A stretch of 63,448 nucleotides of DNA, filler included, from Hyphochytrium catenoides (lineage: Eukaryota; Protista; Hyphochytriomycota): the NCBI GenBank assembly GCA_900088475.1. It is 12 parts of 12 records of this genome, joined end to end, with 100 filler letters (N's around TTAATTAATTAA, not from the genome) between each part and the next. Parts side by side here need not be neighbours in the genome. Positions count along the whole stretch, not along the records: positions 42,529 to 49,661 come from FLMG01004101.1; positions 49,762 to 53,109 come from FLMG01001191.1; positions 53,210 to 56,627 come from FLMG01000129.1; 9 more parts are not named here. One strand, given 5' to 3'. Position 1 is the stretch's first letter; each line of letters opens with the position of its first letter. This document shows positions 43,061 through 56,338 of the stretch, in pieces. The notes beneath the pieces were generated by a model. It did not search any database. It was not told the DNA's origin and saw only the letters and a list, made by a program, of their open reading frames with translations. The position numbers were made by a program, and so were the translations under genes.

Positions 43061-43665
43061 TGTTTGAGCTACTCTACTCTTACGCTGTCATGAAGTCTGG
43101 TCGGCTACTTCCTCCCGTCACCAAATGTGATTGATCACATTGCATAGAGAACTAGGACGAAAGGTGAGAGACTAACGCGAGCAGGATCTCGACAGAAGAG
43201 CTCAAACTTGAGAGAGGAGAGCAACCTAGCATACAGAAAGAATGGCAGATAACTGGCAAACAGTTAGGATAATCGACCCAGGCCTTATGGAGAGCCATTT
43301 TCATTCTCTGGTCCAGAGTAAGGCATGAAAGAGACCGAAGGTTGCTCGATGGTAAAGGAAACGACAGTCTCAAGCGCGCTAAAGTCTCAATAGAGAGAGA
43401 CATAGAACCAGACAAGAGGTCTCATGAAGAAGTGAAGGGATTCTCCTGCTGTAAGAAAAGAGTTTGGACAAAGTAGCCCACCAAAGGCAAAGGAAAGACA
43501 ATAGATATTGACAGATTACTTAGGCCTAAGTCGAAGCTTCTGCTTTTGAAAATATATGTCTCGACGAAGTGCACCTGTCCCGTCCATCAGACAGAGAGCG
43601 TGAACAAGAAAGGAAAAGGAAAGAGCACATCCGTCACCTCAATGACAAGGCAGCTCTTCCGGAGC

Positions 43666-45213
43666 CTACTGGCCCGAGCTCCCTCCAGAAGGAGGTTCTA
43701 CCACCAAGGAATGAATAGAGTCCGTGTCGTCCTCTCTCTCTCTTCTTCCATACATGACAGGAGGTCCACCTCTGCCCATCACAGACACATTCGTGCCTCC
43801 TCTTTCTTCCTCTTCTTCGTCTATGCTACCGCGATTGCCCATGATGGAGTGAGATTCTCCGCCCTCTAGAGATGAGGCAGAGTCGCTATCTCTCTCTTCA
43901 TCGACAGGGCCGCCAACAGGAGGAAGAAGAAGACGGCGGAAGAGAGCTTGTTGGCTGATCTGTTCGTGCGGTTCTCGCCGCACTGGCTCCGTTGAATCTG
44001 CCACGGACACCAGAGAGGAAGAGAGGGTAGACGGTGGAGGTGCGGTCCGCCAGCCTCCGCCTTGTCTGGCCGTATCATCAGCCCTTACAACCGCAGCTTG
44101 CACTGCGCGGGGTGGGGGAAGTGGAGGAGGAAGGGGTGGAGGAGGTGGTGGCGGGCCATTGTTCTCTACTCCAATTCTTTGCCCACAAGAAGAGCAGAAG
44201 CCCGCAGTCTCTCCTACTGCCTTGCCACAGGAAGGACAGCTGACCGTCCCAGGAAGAGAGCCTCTAAAAGCCACCCCAACTCCTGCAGCCTGAGGGACTG
44301 GGACAGCATGAGCAGCAGGGACAGATTGAGAAGGAAAGACATAACGAGGAGACACAATGCCTCCATAGGGTCCTCTCGCTTCTACATCTGCAGACAGAGC
44401 AGCAGACTTTGCCACTGCATTTCTCTTGGCTGAGTGCCTCTTCCAAAGGAGGAAACCTCCTACCACCAGCGTAACAAAGAGAATGCCTCCGATGACTAAG
44501 CCCACAACAGCACCAGCTGCAAGACCGCCTCCTTCCTTTTGGTTCACCGCTGTTGCCCCCGGGTCATCTTGGGAAGCCGTGGCGCCTCCATCTCTCTTTG
44601 GGACCGCTTCAGTTGGAGACAGAGAAGAAGCAGGAGGAGGCGGACGAGGTGCCGGAGGAGAAGCAGGAGAAGACGGAGAGGCGGGCGAGGAAACTTCGAT
44701 CCTTGCCCCACAGTCTATCATCATGCTTTCTATGTCAGCTATTTGGTCCACAGTACCTGCTGCAGTCTCTCTCTCCGTCGCCACGACCATGCAGCCGCAA
44801 AATGAAACCATATCTCTGGATCGCACTTCAGAGAGACCAAACTGTGCGCAAGCTGCGCATCTGCCGGCATAGCATAGACTGTAGGCTGCGTCTGACGCTT
44901 CCCCGCTGCAGCATTGGGCAGCGTTGAAGAGGCACTCCCTTGACGTGAGAAACGGAGACGTTTGGCATTCTTCCTTTTGAAGCTGTCTGGCTAATGCGGA
45001 GGATGAAGGCCAAGCAAAGAGACAGAGAAAGGCTAAGACCATTAGGAGACTATGATAGAAGAAGCCCAAGCTTCTATTGCTGGCCCTTGGGCGAGAGTTA
45101 CTCTGACTCCCTAGGGACCTTCCCATGTTGAAGTGAGGGTGAGATGAGAGGGAGAGATATGAAAGATGCATGTTTATGTTAGAGGAAAGAAAAGAGGAGA
45201 GAAAGGCGAGCAA
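43666..45213 (-). CDS. Type I membrane protein: Cys-rich ectodomain, Pro stalk, TM, cytoplasmic zinc ribbon
   Basis: Signal-like LLMVLAFLCLFAWPSSS; TM AVVGLVIGGILFVTLVVGGFLLW-KRH; CPSCG...FCSSCG. True start probably a downstream ATG (e.g. MGRS or MVLAF). Confidence 0.8.
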   Translation of the reverse strand: MLAFLSSFLSSNINMHLSYLSLSSHPHFNMGRSLGSQSNSRPRASNRSLGFFYHSLLMVLAFLCLFAWPSSSALARQLQKEECQTSPFLTSRECLFNAAQCCSGEASDAAYSLCYAGRCAACAQFGLSEVRSRDMVSFCGCMVVATERETAAGTVDQIADIESMMIDCGARIEVSSPASPSSPASPPAPRPPPPASSLSPTEAVPKRDGGATASQDDPGATAVNQKEGGGLAAGAVVGLVIGGILFVTLVVGGFLLWKRHSAKRNAVAKSAALSADVEARGPYGGIVSPRYVFPSQSVPAAHAVPVPQAAGVGVAFRGSLPGTVSCPSCGKAVGETAGFCSSCGQRIGVENNGPPPPPPPLPPPLPPPRAVQAAVVRADDTARQGGGWRTAPPPSTLSSSLVSVADSTEPVRREPHEQISQQALFRRLLLPPVGGPVDEERDSDSASSLEGGESHSIMGNRGSIDEEEEERGGTNVSVMGRGGPPVMYGRREREDDTDSIHSLVVEPPSGGSSGQ

Positions 45214-46214
45214 GGAGCAGTCAGCTTTCCGCCTTCTTCCTTTGTCAGATGAACCTCTGATCGCCTCAGCGTGTGTCCTAGTTAACAGGAAAGAGAAGAG
45301 GGACGGCTAATTGGAGATCCGTCTCCTACGAGAAGACTTAGAGCAGTCATCAGTATCGCACGTCTCGCTGCCGGGAAGGAGGAGATGAAAAGAGAGCAGA
45401 TGGGCAGAGAGAGAGAGAAACTTAGGATAGAAACATCAGGCAGCTTGTGCAGATGATGGTAGGGCAGAGACGACTGGGCTTCACCGCAAACTCCACGAAG
45501 CTGTAGAATTAGTTGGTCTTCTACGATATTGTGAGACGCTCTTGCTTCGAGCTGCTTTGACAGCACGTGGCGGCAGAAAGATGATGAGAAGCCAGTGATG
45601 GATGTGAGAGGAAGCTGTCACATCAAGGAAGAGACACATTCTGAGTGAGAGAGAGAGAGACAGAGACAGAGAGAAAGNNNNNNNNNNNNNNNNNNNNNNN
45701 NNNNNNNNNNNNNNNNNNNNNNNNNNNNNNNNNNNAGGAAAGAGAGAGAGAGAGGGGGAGAAAGAGAGAAAGAAGGGGAGAAGGGAGGGAAAAGTGTGCA
45801 AGACAGAGTCAATAGACAGAGTAAGAGGTACGACATAGATTATTACCCAGCAAGATGGGCGAGAGAGACACCTCTAGGGTAGGAAGTAGCAGGAACTTAT
45901 GAGAGGAGGTGAGACAGAGAGACAAGAGACAGGGAACCCGAAAATTAGACAAGAGAACAGAAAAAGAGCAGGACAGTATAGAAAAGCAAGCGAGACAGAG
46001 TCGAGACAGAACGCCAATCAGAGTAGTAAACCACAGACAGCGAGAGGAGGAGAGAGGAAGAGATACACCAGGAGTGATCCTATTATTGCTGCTGAGAGCC
46101 AGTGTAGACGGCCTTCAAGGCGCTATTTGGTGTAGATTCTTTAATATTATTACTCTGGCGTATNNNNNNNNNNNNNNNNNNNNNNNNNNNNNNNNNNNNN
46201 NNNNNNNNNNNNNN

Positions 46215-46251
<37 letters not shown>

Positions 46252-47297
46252 AGGGCAAGAGAGACCAACGGGGAAGAGAGACGAGAGAGCGCGAGAGAAG
46301 TGAGAGGAAGATATTTTAGGAGGGAGGAAGAGAGAGGAGAAAGAGAGAGAAAGAAGAGACCACAAGCGGGAACTTTCTCTAGACATGTCCAAAGAGAGAG
46401 AGAGCCAAAGCGAGAGAGAGCCAATGAGAGAAAGGAAGAGGAGAGAAAGACAACGGAAAGAGAAAGAGTGAGAAGCGGCAAAGGAAGAGAGCAGGAGAGT
46501 GAGAAAGAGAGAGAGAAGTAGAAGCAAAGAACAGAGAGAGAAAAAGACAGAGCTAGCGGGAGCGAGAGCGAGAGAAACAGAGAAAGGCGAAATGGACGTA
46601 GTAGTAGTAGAACACATTTGAGGCTGTAGAACTACCAAGTTGGTCATTGTGGAGACGGAGGAGACCATCCATCATTGAGATCTATCGAACCATAAACGTG
46701 AGAGAGCGTCCCTGTACTACGCTTCTCTCTCTAGAGACTCAGAATGGAATACCCATAATCTCTCTCTCCTCTGTTGGCACTTCGTGGCTTTGCCACCTTT
46801 CCTTTCTTCTGCTGGTTCATCGCCGCTTGGTTTGTCGTCGTCTTCATAGACGCAGTGCGGCGGATAATCCATTGAGCTTTGAGTAGCATTGCTTCTTTTT
46901 TTCTTTGTTGGTCTCAAGATCTTCTTTATCATATGTTATGATGGGTGCCGACGTCTTGGTTTTTAGACATCAGCAAGTGGTTTCTCTTCTGCTTGAAATG
47001 GGCTGATGCGTTCAAAGACTCTCTCCTGCTCTCTCTCTCTCTTGTTCGATTCTTTCCCTTCGTTGTTGATTCGCTTTGGCTATACTATAGAGTACTTCTT
47101 CCTCGTACATGCAGAGATGAGCTCAAGGGAAGAGTAGAAACGTCTTGGTATGGACGTAAAGAGTCTTTCAAGAGGGAGAGGAGAGAGAGACCAAGAGATA
47201 GTAGAGAGATAAAGAGAGACAAAAGAGGACGAGTCCCTCAGGAAAGGAAAAGAAAGGAAGAGAATAAAAATTATGTGGAGAGGAGATAAGGTAGGCC

Positions 47298-48770
47298 CTA
47301 CAGGCCTACCTCCCTTACTTTATCTTCTTCATCTTCTTGAGCGTGATCTCGAACTGTTTTCTCCTTCTCTCTCTCTCTCTCTTCCTTGAGTTGGCCTCGT
47401 TCTGAAGCACCAAGACAGGAGACGCCGTCGGTCCTTTCATGAAGGGCCGCTGACTCCCTCCTCGCATCATCGGTCCCCTCCTCTTCTTCATCAGCTCTAC
47501 CAATGAAGCGGTCCACGAATAGTTGCTTCTGTCTTCTCTCCTCTTCTCTAGCATTTCTTGCCACAGCGAAAGACAGTCTCTCCCGATCGTCTGGATCGCG
47601 AGAAGAGGAAACATGGGAAGCGAAAGCACCTCTCTCCTCTGGTCTAGCTGTCCCTCTCTCTTCTGGATACGACTCCTCGACAACCACAGCTTCAACCAAG
47701 ATCGGGAGGGCCGCAGCCTCTGCCATAGTGGGATGGTATCTCTCCACTCTGGTCCCACACAGAGTGCAGAATATAGCGCCAGGTACTAGTGCACTAGAGC
47801 ACCTTGCGCATCTCACGCCCGAAGAAGAAGAGAGAGATGCCTGCGAGAGAGAGAGATCCATCTGCTCTGATCTTCCGCTTCTCCCTTGCTCTTCCTGAAC
47901 TTTTAAGTAGACCCCTTCTCCATCTCCCTCTTGCCCTTCCTCACCTTTGCCCACCTCCTTCTGACTTTGTCTCTGGCTTCCTCTTCTTTTTCTGTAGAAG
48001 ATAAAGAGAGAGACACCCAGAATCGCTGCCAGACAACCGACCGCAATTCCAATTATGGTAGAGAGAGACAATCCGTCTCCTTTTGCTGCTGCTGCAGCCT
48101 CATCCCTCCTCCTCTGGTCCGCTTTTCTGGCCTCGTCGAGCAAACCGTCAAGCCCCGGAATGCTGGTTCCCAGTCCTGGCCATCCTCCATCTGTCGTCTC
48201 TTCCTTCTTCTTGGCTGGCTCTCCTCTGCACTGACTTATCCACTTGGCAGTGTCAAACTCGGCGTCTCCGTTCCCTAGGCCTCTCTCTCGCGTATAATTG
48301 GCAACAAGGCGGGCATAGCAGAGACAGAAGGCCTTTGGGTCTTTCTCTCCACCGCTGAGAGCCGGCTGCACCTCGCAGTTCCCTGCGTTTAAGCCTATGG
48401 AACAATTAGCTGTGACGCTTGTCCATTTACCTGTCTCGGTGGGCACTTCGTCACCGTTGGCAGCGACTTCATCCGCTAAACAGCGGCAATAACCGATGTA
48501 GGACGGCCTCTGAGATGATGGTAGAGAGGAGTTGGTGGAGGCACAGCTCTCATAGAACGTATCAGCGAACTTGGAAGATGAGAGAGGAAGCAAGAGCAAG
48601 ACTAAGAGAGAGACGAGCAAAAGAGAAGGGAGAATATTTGGGCAGGCAGCCATCACTCTCAAGTTGAATCTGGAGACTCCCTGCTTCTCTTTCATGTCTG
48701 ACCGGTGAGAAAGAGGATACCGAGAGATATTCAGAGTGAGTAGTACCAGAAGGGGGATAGAGATTGGCAA
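47298..48770 (-). CDS. Type I membrane protein with the same architecture as 43666..45213
   Basis: Signal MAACPNILPSLLLVSLLVLLLLPLSSS; YCRC/FCLC repeats; TM IIGIAVGCLAAILGVSLFIFY-RKRR; CARC...FCTLCG. Confidence 0.8.
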   Translation of the reverse strand: MPISIPLLVLLTLNISRYPLSHRSDMKEKQGVSRFNLRVMAACPNILPSLLLVSLLVLLLLPLSSSKFADTFYESCASTNSSLPSSQRPSYIGYCRCLADEVAANGDEVPTETGKWTSVTANCSIGLNAGNCEVQPALSGGEKDPKAFCLCYARLVANYTRERGLGNGDAEFDTAKWISQCRGEPAKKKEETTDGGWPGLGTSIPGLDGLLDEARKADQRRRDEAAAAAKGDGLSLSTIIGIAVGCLAAILGVSLFIFYRKRRGSQRQSQKEVGKGEEGQEGDGEGVYLKVQEEQGRSGRSEQMDLSLSQASLSSSSGVRCARCSSALVPGAIFCTLCGTRVERYHPTMAEAAALPILVEAVVVEESYPEERGTARPEERGAFASHVSSSRDPDDRERLSFAVARNAREEERRQKQLFVDRFIGRADEEEEGTDDARRESAALHERTDGVSCLGASERGQLKEEREREKEKTVRDHAQEDEEDKVREVGL

Positions 48771-49761
48771 TAGAACTAGAAGAGAGAGAGACAGAGGGGG
48801 GAGAGAGGGAGAGAGACAGAGAGTGAGAGAGAGAGAGACAGAGTTATAGGAGAAGGAGACAAATACTGCGAAGGTTGAAGAATACGGAAGGTGACGAAGA
48901 TGTTGCCTGCAACATTAACGATGTCGGCTAGAAGAGGCGCTGAGCAACGGCGGAAGGAGGGAGCTCCCAGGGCTCTTCAAACTCAGCTACAACGGCTCTT
49001 CTGCGTCATTTTTCTTTCTCTCCTGAGGCCCATTATCCAGAGATGAAGACAAAGTGAAGCATGTCAAAGGCTGAACTCTATGGTCTCGCTTTGCTGACAT
49101 GAGCAAGTCGTTGACATGTCCCATTAGAGACGACTGTGCAAGAGGCTAGGNGAGAGAGAAGAGAGAGGAGAGGAAGAAGAAGGGTAGAGGTGAAGAACGG
49201 CACTGCCGTGTCCAGCATCGACCGTGCCAACCACCACCGCAAAGGGAAAGAGATGATGTGCTCGTCGCAGGAGCAGGAGACTTAGTAGCCTTTCACCCCC
49301 ATACATAATAATAACCCACTATCGGAGACAGAGAATGTATGTCCCCCCCCGAAATACGACAATTTACGACTTCAGTAAAGAGAGGAACTATCAAGAAACC
49401 TAAGTGTTACTCCAGCTTGAGATAGACCCACCGTGAACCCTTTACTTCGGAGATATCTACCGAATAATATGCGTAAAAATATAGCAAGGTAAGGGGCATT
49501 ATCACTGATCCTGATACTGCTTCCATATCACAACACAATTCCCTCCATAGGCTTTAAAGACCCAACTTTTGATGTGATGATGTCTGGCGGTACGCCCACC
49601 TGCTGTCGCTACTGCTGCTTCCACTGCTGCTGCTTCCACTGCTGCTGCTTCCACTGCTGCTNNNNNNNNNNNNNNNNNNNNNNNNNNNNNNNNNNNNNNN
49701 NNNNNTTAATTAATTAANNNNNNNNNNNNNNNNNNNNNNNNNNNNNNNNNNNNNNNNNNNN

Positions 49762-51503
49762 CCGAGACGGAGAAGAGCGCCGAGAGTACGACTTGTACCT
49801 GTAGGAAAAAGAGGTAAGACACTACTAGTCTGTCCTGTGTGTCTCTCTTTCTCTTCTTCCTTCTCTCACTATTTCTTCTTTCTCCTCCCTCACGGGTCTC
49901 TATCTTTCTCTGTGTTGTGAGAGAGTGTGTGTGTGTGTGTCTCTCTCTCTTCTTCTCTCTCCCTTTCGTTGTGGCTCTCTCTCTGTCAAAAATGGTGCTT
50001 ACCTCTCCTGGTAAGCTTCTGAAATCCGCGTCCAGGACCTCGACATGGAAGCCCCAGGGAGCACGGCCCAGAGCAGGACGGATAAGGAGCTCAGGAGAGG
50101 AAACTGAGCGAGAGGAAAGAGAGGCAGACTTCAGCCTCTCTCTCGCTCTCTCTAGACCTAGGAGAAACATCTGATTCTCTCTTTCTCCCGAGAGATAGCT
50201 GTTGAGCTCAGCTAACTTGCTGTTGAACTTATAAATCAGGACATTCAGGTCGTCTCGCTCCTTCTCTTCCTCTTCATTTTCTGGCCTTTCTTCTTGGGCT
50301 TTTCGGGGCATTTGCTTCAGAGTTAGTACATTGTATCGCACTTCCAGCTGCGGAGAAGGACGTGACGTGCGCGTGTGCGTGTAAGAGAAAGAGAGAGAGA
50401 GAGAGAGTGTGTGTGAGAGATCGAATGAGAGAGAGAGAGAGAAAGAGATATAGATGGATATACGAGTAAGCGAAAGAGAATGTGGAACGGTGAAATATGA
50501 GTTCCATCCTAAGGCTCTTTGCGGTCCAGGAAAGAATGAGGTCGTCCAACGTCGGGAAGGGAAAAAAAAAGAGAAAAGAGAGATTGAGAGACAGGAGAAG
50601 GAAAGCCCTGCTAAGAGGAAGAAGGAGAACAGGGAGGAGGGAAAGCAGTGATGCCGTTCACACCTCTTCAGCGCCAGACTCCTTCGCTTTGACTAACTCT
50701 TCAATGCGATCGGAAAGATGTCTTACTTCTGACAGCTTCTCTCTCTCCCGCTCTCCTATCTTTTCCAAAATATCGCTCTCTTCGCTCTCTCTTCCTCTCT
50801 CTCCTCTTCTCTCCTCTGTCTCTCGCCCACCCTGAGCCTTTAGCCTTGCAAAGGACATCTTCCTCATGTTCAGACTGATCACTCTCTCAGATGCGTCATA
50901 AGAAAGATAGACCTTGGACCCATAGGCTAATGAGCGTATCCCATTCAACAGCAGAGAGACGGGAGAGAGAGAGAGAAAGACACAGGGGGAGAGGGAGACG
51001 CAGAGCGCGAGAGGAGAAAGAGAAGGAAGGTAAGAAAAGGACGGGAAAGTCGGTAGAGGAAGGCAGAAAGAAGGAGAAGCAAAAAAGAGAAGAGTGGGTA
51101 GGAGGAGGAGTTAGTCACGTGTCCCAGCTTCATGTGGAGGATCTCTCTGCTCAGTCCAACTAATTCTTTCCTCTTCCTTCTTTATCACGACCCTTACACC
51201 CCATCCAAGTCGCATCCAAGTCTCTGTCTCTTTCTCTCTCTCTCTCTCTTTTTTCTCTCTCTCTCTCTCTCACTTCTCTCTCTCTCTTTCTCTCCGTTTC
51301 GCCTCAACTGCGTCCTCCTATATCTCTTGTCATTCTCATTTTTTTCTCTCTCTCTCTCTCTCTCCACTCTCGTCTCCTGTCTTCAACTCACCGCTCCAGA
51401 CGCTGCAGGCTGCTTTCAGCTCTTGGATGGCTCGGAAGATTCTCTCTCTCAGTTCCTTCACTTCTCCTTTCAGTTTGCTGGAGCACTCGAAAGAGTGACG
51501 AGC
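49762..51503 (-). CDS. Multi-exon hypothetical coiled-coil protein, partial
   Basis: Exon-like islands between microsatellite introns (~51503-51392, 50926-50661, ~50348-50002, 49798-49762) with GT/AG ends and joinable frames (AACSVWS|AYGSKVYLSY). Confidence 0.5.
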
Positions 51504-52298
51504 CTACGATAAATGACGGGGATAAACTCTAATCTAAGCGTCGGAAGCGGGAACGAGGGCCAGACAGAGAAGGGAGAAAGAGTGATAGAGCGACAAAGAC
51601 AGAGGGCAAGACTGAAGCGAGACAGAGTGGAATACGGGGGAGTGAAGTAGTAGAAGTGCAGGATTGAGAGACATGGCAGGAGAACCACAAGAGAGAGGGG
51701 AATCAATAGAGAGAGAGATCCATGTATATGTATATATACAGGTAGATAGATAGAATGAAAGAGGAGAGAGAGACAGACACGAGAAAAGGAAAGGATAAGG
51801 AGAGAGAGAGTGAGGAGAGAGGGATAGATTGAAGAGAGAGAGAAATTGAGGAGAGAGAGAGTATAAGGAGAGACAGATGGGGGGAGGAGAGCAGAGCGAG
51901 AGCGAGAAAGAAAGATAAAGATAACGAGAGAGAGAGAGAGCGAGAGAGAGAGAGATGGAGAGGATGTAGAGTTTTTACTGAGAAAAAAGAGAGAGAGAGT
52001 GAGAGAAAGAGAGAGAAAGAGAGAGAGAAGAGGCGGGCAAGGATCTTGTATAGAGTACACATTAAGGTCGCACCTCTTCAATGTCCAGTCTCTGTATGGA
52101 GCCCCAGAGGACGTCTACCGGCGGATTGCCGCGGGAGGTTCGGAAGTAAGCCTTTCTTCTCTCTCTCTCTTGACTCCCCAACACTGCTACTTCTCCTGCG
52201 CTGCCCCTCATCCTCTGCCGAGAGAGAGCGACAGCCTCTCTACTCCTTCTTCCTTCCGCTCTAACGCTATTAGAGGCGCTTAGCCACATGGCCATGCG

Positions 52299-52349
<51 letters not shown>

Positions 52350-54360
52350 GTGTGTCTCTTCCGTGCTTGGGAAGGGGAGCGCAATTTACTGGCTTGATCT
52401 TGATGAGTGATGCACCAGATGAAGAGAGAAGAGGAGAGAAACAGGAGAGGAGATCCAGATACGTTGCCAGACGTTTGGAAGGTGAACTTCCTATGCGGAG
52501 ACTGAGAGAGGATCTTCACTGAGGGAGAGAGAGAGAGTGAAGGAGAGGGCAGGACGGAAGAAGAGAGAGAAAAGTTTGGTGATGAGACGCCTAAGAAGGG
52601 GGAAGACGGGAAGACAGAACTGAGGGGTAGGTGTAGAGAGAGAGAGAGAGAGACAGGAAGAGAGGGAGAGAAAGCGAGAGAGGGAACTGAAAGGCGATGA
52701 AAAGAGAGAGAGAGAGAGAGGAAGGTTGCATACACTGCCCGTCTAAGAGACAAGAGACAAGACTGGTCTGGTGATGAAAGGACAAGAGCAAGGGAAACAA
52801 GAAAAAGAAGAAATATCAAGGGGGCAAGCTAGAGAGACGAAGCACCAACGGAGGAGTGAGGTAAAAGGGCCCACAGAGAGAGACAGAGAAAGAGGAAGAG
52901 AGAGGGTGTGAGAGAGAGAGAGCAACAGAGAGCGAAGAAATAGATAAGCGAGAGTACGAGAAAGGAGAGGAAAGCGATAGATTGAGAGGGAAAGAGAGGA
53001 GGGGCAAGCGAGATGGAGGGAGAGGAGAGAGAGAGGAGAGAAAGAGAGAGGAAAGAGAGAGAGAGAGAGAGAGGACAGAAAGAGAGAGGAGAGAGAGAGA
53101 GAGAGAGAGNNNNNNNNNNNNNNNNNNNNNNNNNNNNNNNNNNNNNNNNNNNNTTAATTAATTAANNNNNNNNNNNNNNNNNNNNNNNNNNNNNNNNNNN
53201 NNNNNNNNNGTACGAGAGAGACGAGTCTCGGAAGCATTTCGAGAGGCTCTAAACGCTACAAGCAGGGAACTGATGTTTTGAAGGACTCTCCTTCTCCATA
53301 GCCTCATGGACAGCAAAGACTGTTCTGGGAGCCCTCCAGGTCTTCTTCTGAGTATTGGATGATTGCACGCGAGATGGGAGACCAGAAGTCCCTGAACAGG
53401 CCCTGGAAGAGGAAGAAGAGGAGGATGTCCTCCTTGGAAGAATGTTTTCTCTTCTCTCTTTTCTGCTGCCTTCGTTCTTCATGTTTGTCATCGAAGAAGG
53501 AGAAAAGTACCGCGAATGCCCTTTCTTCCTTCCTTCAAAGATAGCAAATAAAGGCAAACACAGGCCAACAACCGACCGTCGCCATGTGGACGAAGAACGG
53601 AGACGATGATATCTTTCAGAGAGGAACTCGACCACCACCGCAGCAAGAGCAGCAACAAGAGCGTCCTCTTCCTGCTGATCGACGCACAATACTAGCAGCT
53701 GAAGCACCAAGCGCGGGAGAGAGACAAGCACGGCCGCCCCAGCGCAGGATCTTCAAGAATTGATGGATGTACATTAAAAATATAGAAACGACGAGCCCTC
53801 GAAAAAAGCATCATCATGCCCTAGTCATAGGCTCAAAACGAGGAGAAGAAGACGGAGAAATTGAGTGATAAGCGGAGAGAAGAAGAGAGATCAGACACGG
53901 GACGCCCACAACGAGGCCTAGCTTCCCGCATGATGACCCAGCCCCGAGCATCACCACTGCCTTCCCTTTGAAGCAGGGCAGCGGTGGCAGACAAGAAGAG
54001 GCAAGTGTCCATGTAACCTCACGTGAGGCCTCACCACCATCCAGACAGCGATCAATGATGATGCCTCAGGTTCACCAGAAGATGTCCTACACGATCTTCA
54101 ACGGCGCCGCCCGCCCGGGGCAGAGCTCTTCTTCTCGCTCAACCAACCAACGACTCCTCCTCCCAAAGCAGCGAAAGGACAACCTGCAGGCCCTACAAGC
54201 CTTACAAGGAAACCTGATACGTCTTGTTCATCTGCATGGATTGCTGCATGATGAGGAAGCAAGGCTTCTTCTGAGTTATGGCAGCGAGTTCGTGATGGAC
54301 GAGGAGAGACACCACATCAAAGGCCGAGGACTGACGACAGGAAGTGGAGAAGAGAAGCTA

Positions 54361-54576
54361 CGAAGAAGAAGAAGAAGAAGAAGAAGAAGAAGAAGAAGAA
54401 GAAAAAGTAAGAAGAAGAAGAAGTAGAAGAAAAAGAAGAAGAAGGAGAAGAAGGAGAAGAAGAAGAAGAAGAACGAGAAGGAGAAGAAGAAGAAGAAGGA
54501 GAAGAAGAAGAAGAAGAACGAGAAGAAGGAGAAGAAGAAGGAGAAGAAGGAGAAGAAGAAGAAGAAGAAGGAGAAA

Positions 54577-54613
<37 letters not shown>

Positions 54614-55150
54614 AGAAGAAGAAGAAAAAGNNNNNNNNNNNNNNNNNNNNNNNNNNNNNNNNNNNNNNNNNNNNNNNNNNNNNNNNNNNNNNNNNNNNNN
54701 NNNNNNNNNNNNNNNNNNNNNNNNNNNNNNNNNNNNNNNNNNNNNNNNNNNNNAGAAGAAGAAGAGGAAGAAGAAGAAGAAAAAAAAAGAAGATAAAGAA
54801 GAAGAAGAGCCGGAGAAGGAAGAGAAGGAGGAGAAGGAGGAGAAGAAGAAGAGGAAGAAGAAGGAGAAGAAGGAGAAGAAGGAGAAGGAGGAGACGAAGA
54901 AGAGGAAAAAGAAGAAGAAGAAGAAAAAGAAGAAGTAGAAGAAAAAGAAGAAGAAGAAGAAGGAGAAGAAGGAGAAGAAGAAGAAGAAGCAGAAGAAGAA
55001 AGAGAAGAAGGAGAAGAAGAAGAAGAAGAAGAAGCAGAAGAAGAAGAAGAAGAAGAAAGAGAAGAGCAGAAGAAGGAGAAGAAGAAGAAGAAGAGAAGGA
55101 GAAGAAGGAGAAGAAGAAGAAGGAGAAGAAGGAGATGAAGAAAGAGAAGA
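54361..55150 (+). repeat. (GAA)n/(GGAGAA)n trinucleotide tract with internal gap
   Basis: Directly visible. Confidence 0.95.
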
Positions 55151-56300
55151 AACTGATGGCGAGATGAGAGCTACATAGAGTCTCCTGCTGGACTCTTATT
55201 CAACACGTTTCTCTCCTCCTCCACCATCAACATCGGAAGAGGCCAAGATGAACACTTCCTCAATAACGATAATAGAAAGAGGACGGAGGATGAAGAGAAG
55301 AGAGAAGAAAGCGTGGCGCCGAGACCATCATCATCATCATGAACAGCAGGAAAAGCCTCAAGAAGAGAGGCAGCACGATCACACGGAAGAAGCTTGACTA
55401 GCCGCCCTAATAACAGCAGCCTGACAGCAGAGAAGAATGGACAGACACATCAAAGGCCGTAGAACTACTGGTGTACATGATTGTCTAAGAGGAGGAGAAA
55501 GAAAGAAGAAAGGAAATNNNNNNNNNNNNNNNNNNNNNNNNNNNNNNNNNNNNNNNNNNNNNNNNNNNNNNNNNNAGAGAGGGAAAAGGAGAGAGGGCGA
55601 GACAGACAGACAGACTTCAAACAAATGGCGGGAGAGAGGGAGCACGAGGGAAGAAGACAGAAGGGAAAGGGAACAAAGAGGAGAGAAAGGTGATTAGTGG
55701 TATGAAAGGCCCCGATGCCTTACTCTTCTCATCACATCTCTCTCTCTCTCTTGTTCCTCTCCCTGGACTAATTCCTTCTTTCTCTCTCTTATTCTGGTCC
55801 GTTCAGCTTCTGTGGCTCTATCATGCCGCCATGGCCTGTCGACAGGGAGACGGTCTAGTTGTACTGCTAAGGAGAAGATAATAATAGCAGGAGACGAGAT
55901 AGAAAGAAAGAGAAAAAGAGGAGAAAGAGAAGAAGAAGAAGGAAAAACGGTCTCTCTCTCTCTCTCTCTTTGGCAGTGTTTCTCTCTTCTCTGTTTGGCG
56001 AGAGGTTCCTCTTTATTATTTATCGTGCACTCTTCTCATAAGAGAGAAAGGTTCTGGATCCACTCCTCTGCCAGTCTTGTCCGGTCGGATCTGCTCCTGT
56101 TCTTTCTGCTGTTGAAGATCTGGTTCTCTTTTGCTTCCTGCTGCTGTTGCTGTTGCTTTTGTGTGAAAGAAGAGTAGATGGAACTAATAGATAGGTAGGC
56201 CACTTAACAGAGCGGAAGAGAGAGAGAGAGACAGAGAGAGAGAAAGAGAGAGAGAGAGAGAAAGAGACAGAGAAAAAGAGAGAGAGAGAGAGAGAGAGAG

Positions 56301-56338
<38 letters not shown>

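Noticed and set aside
53249-53731. 160-aa ORF or possible retroelement RNase H remnant
   Set aside because: No convincing motif set on either strand.
53968-54796. Poly-Arg/poly-Glu ORFs
   Set aside because: Produced by the GAA tract; no other coding evidence.
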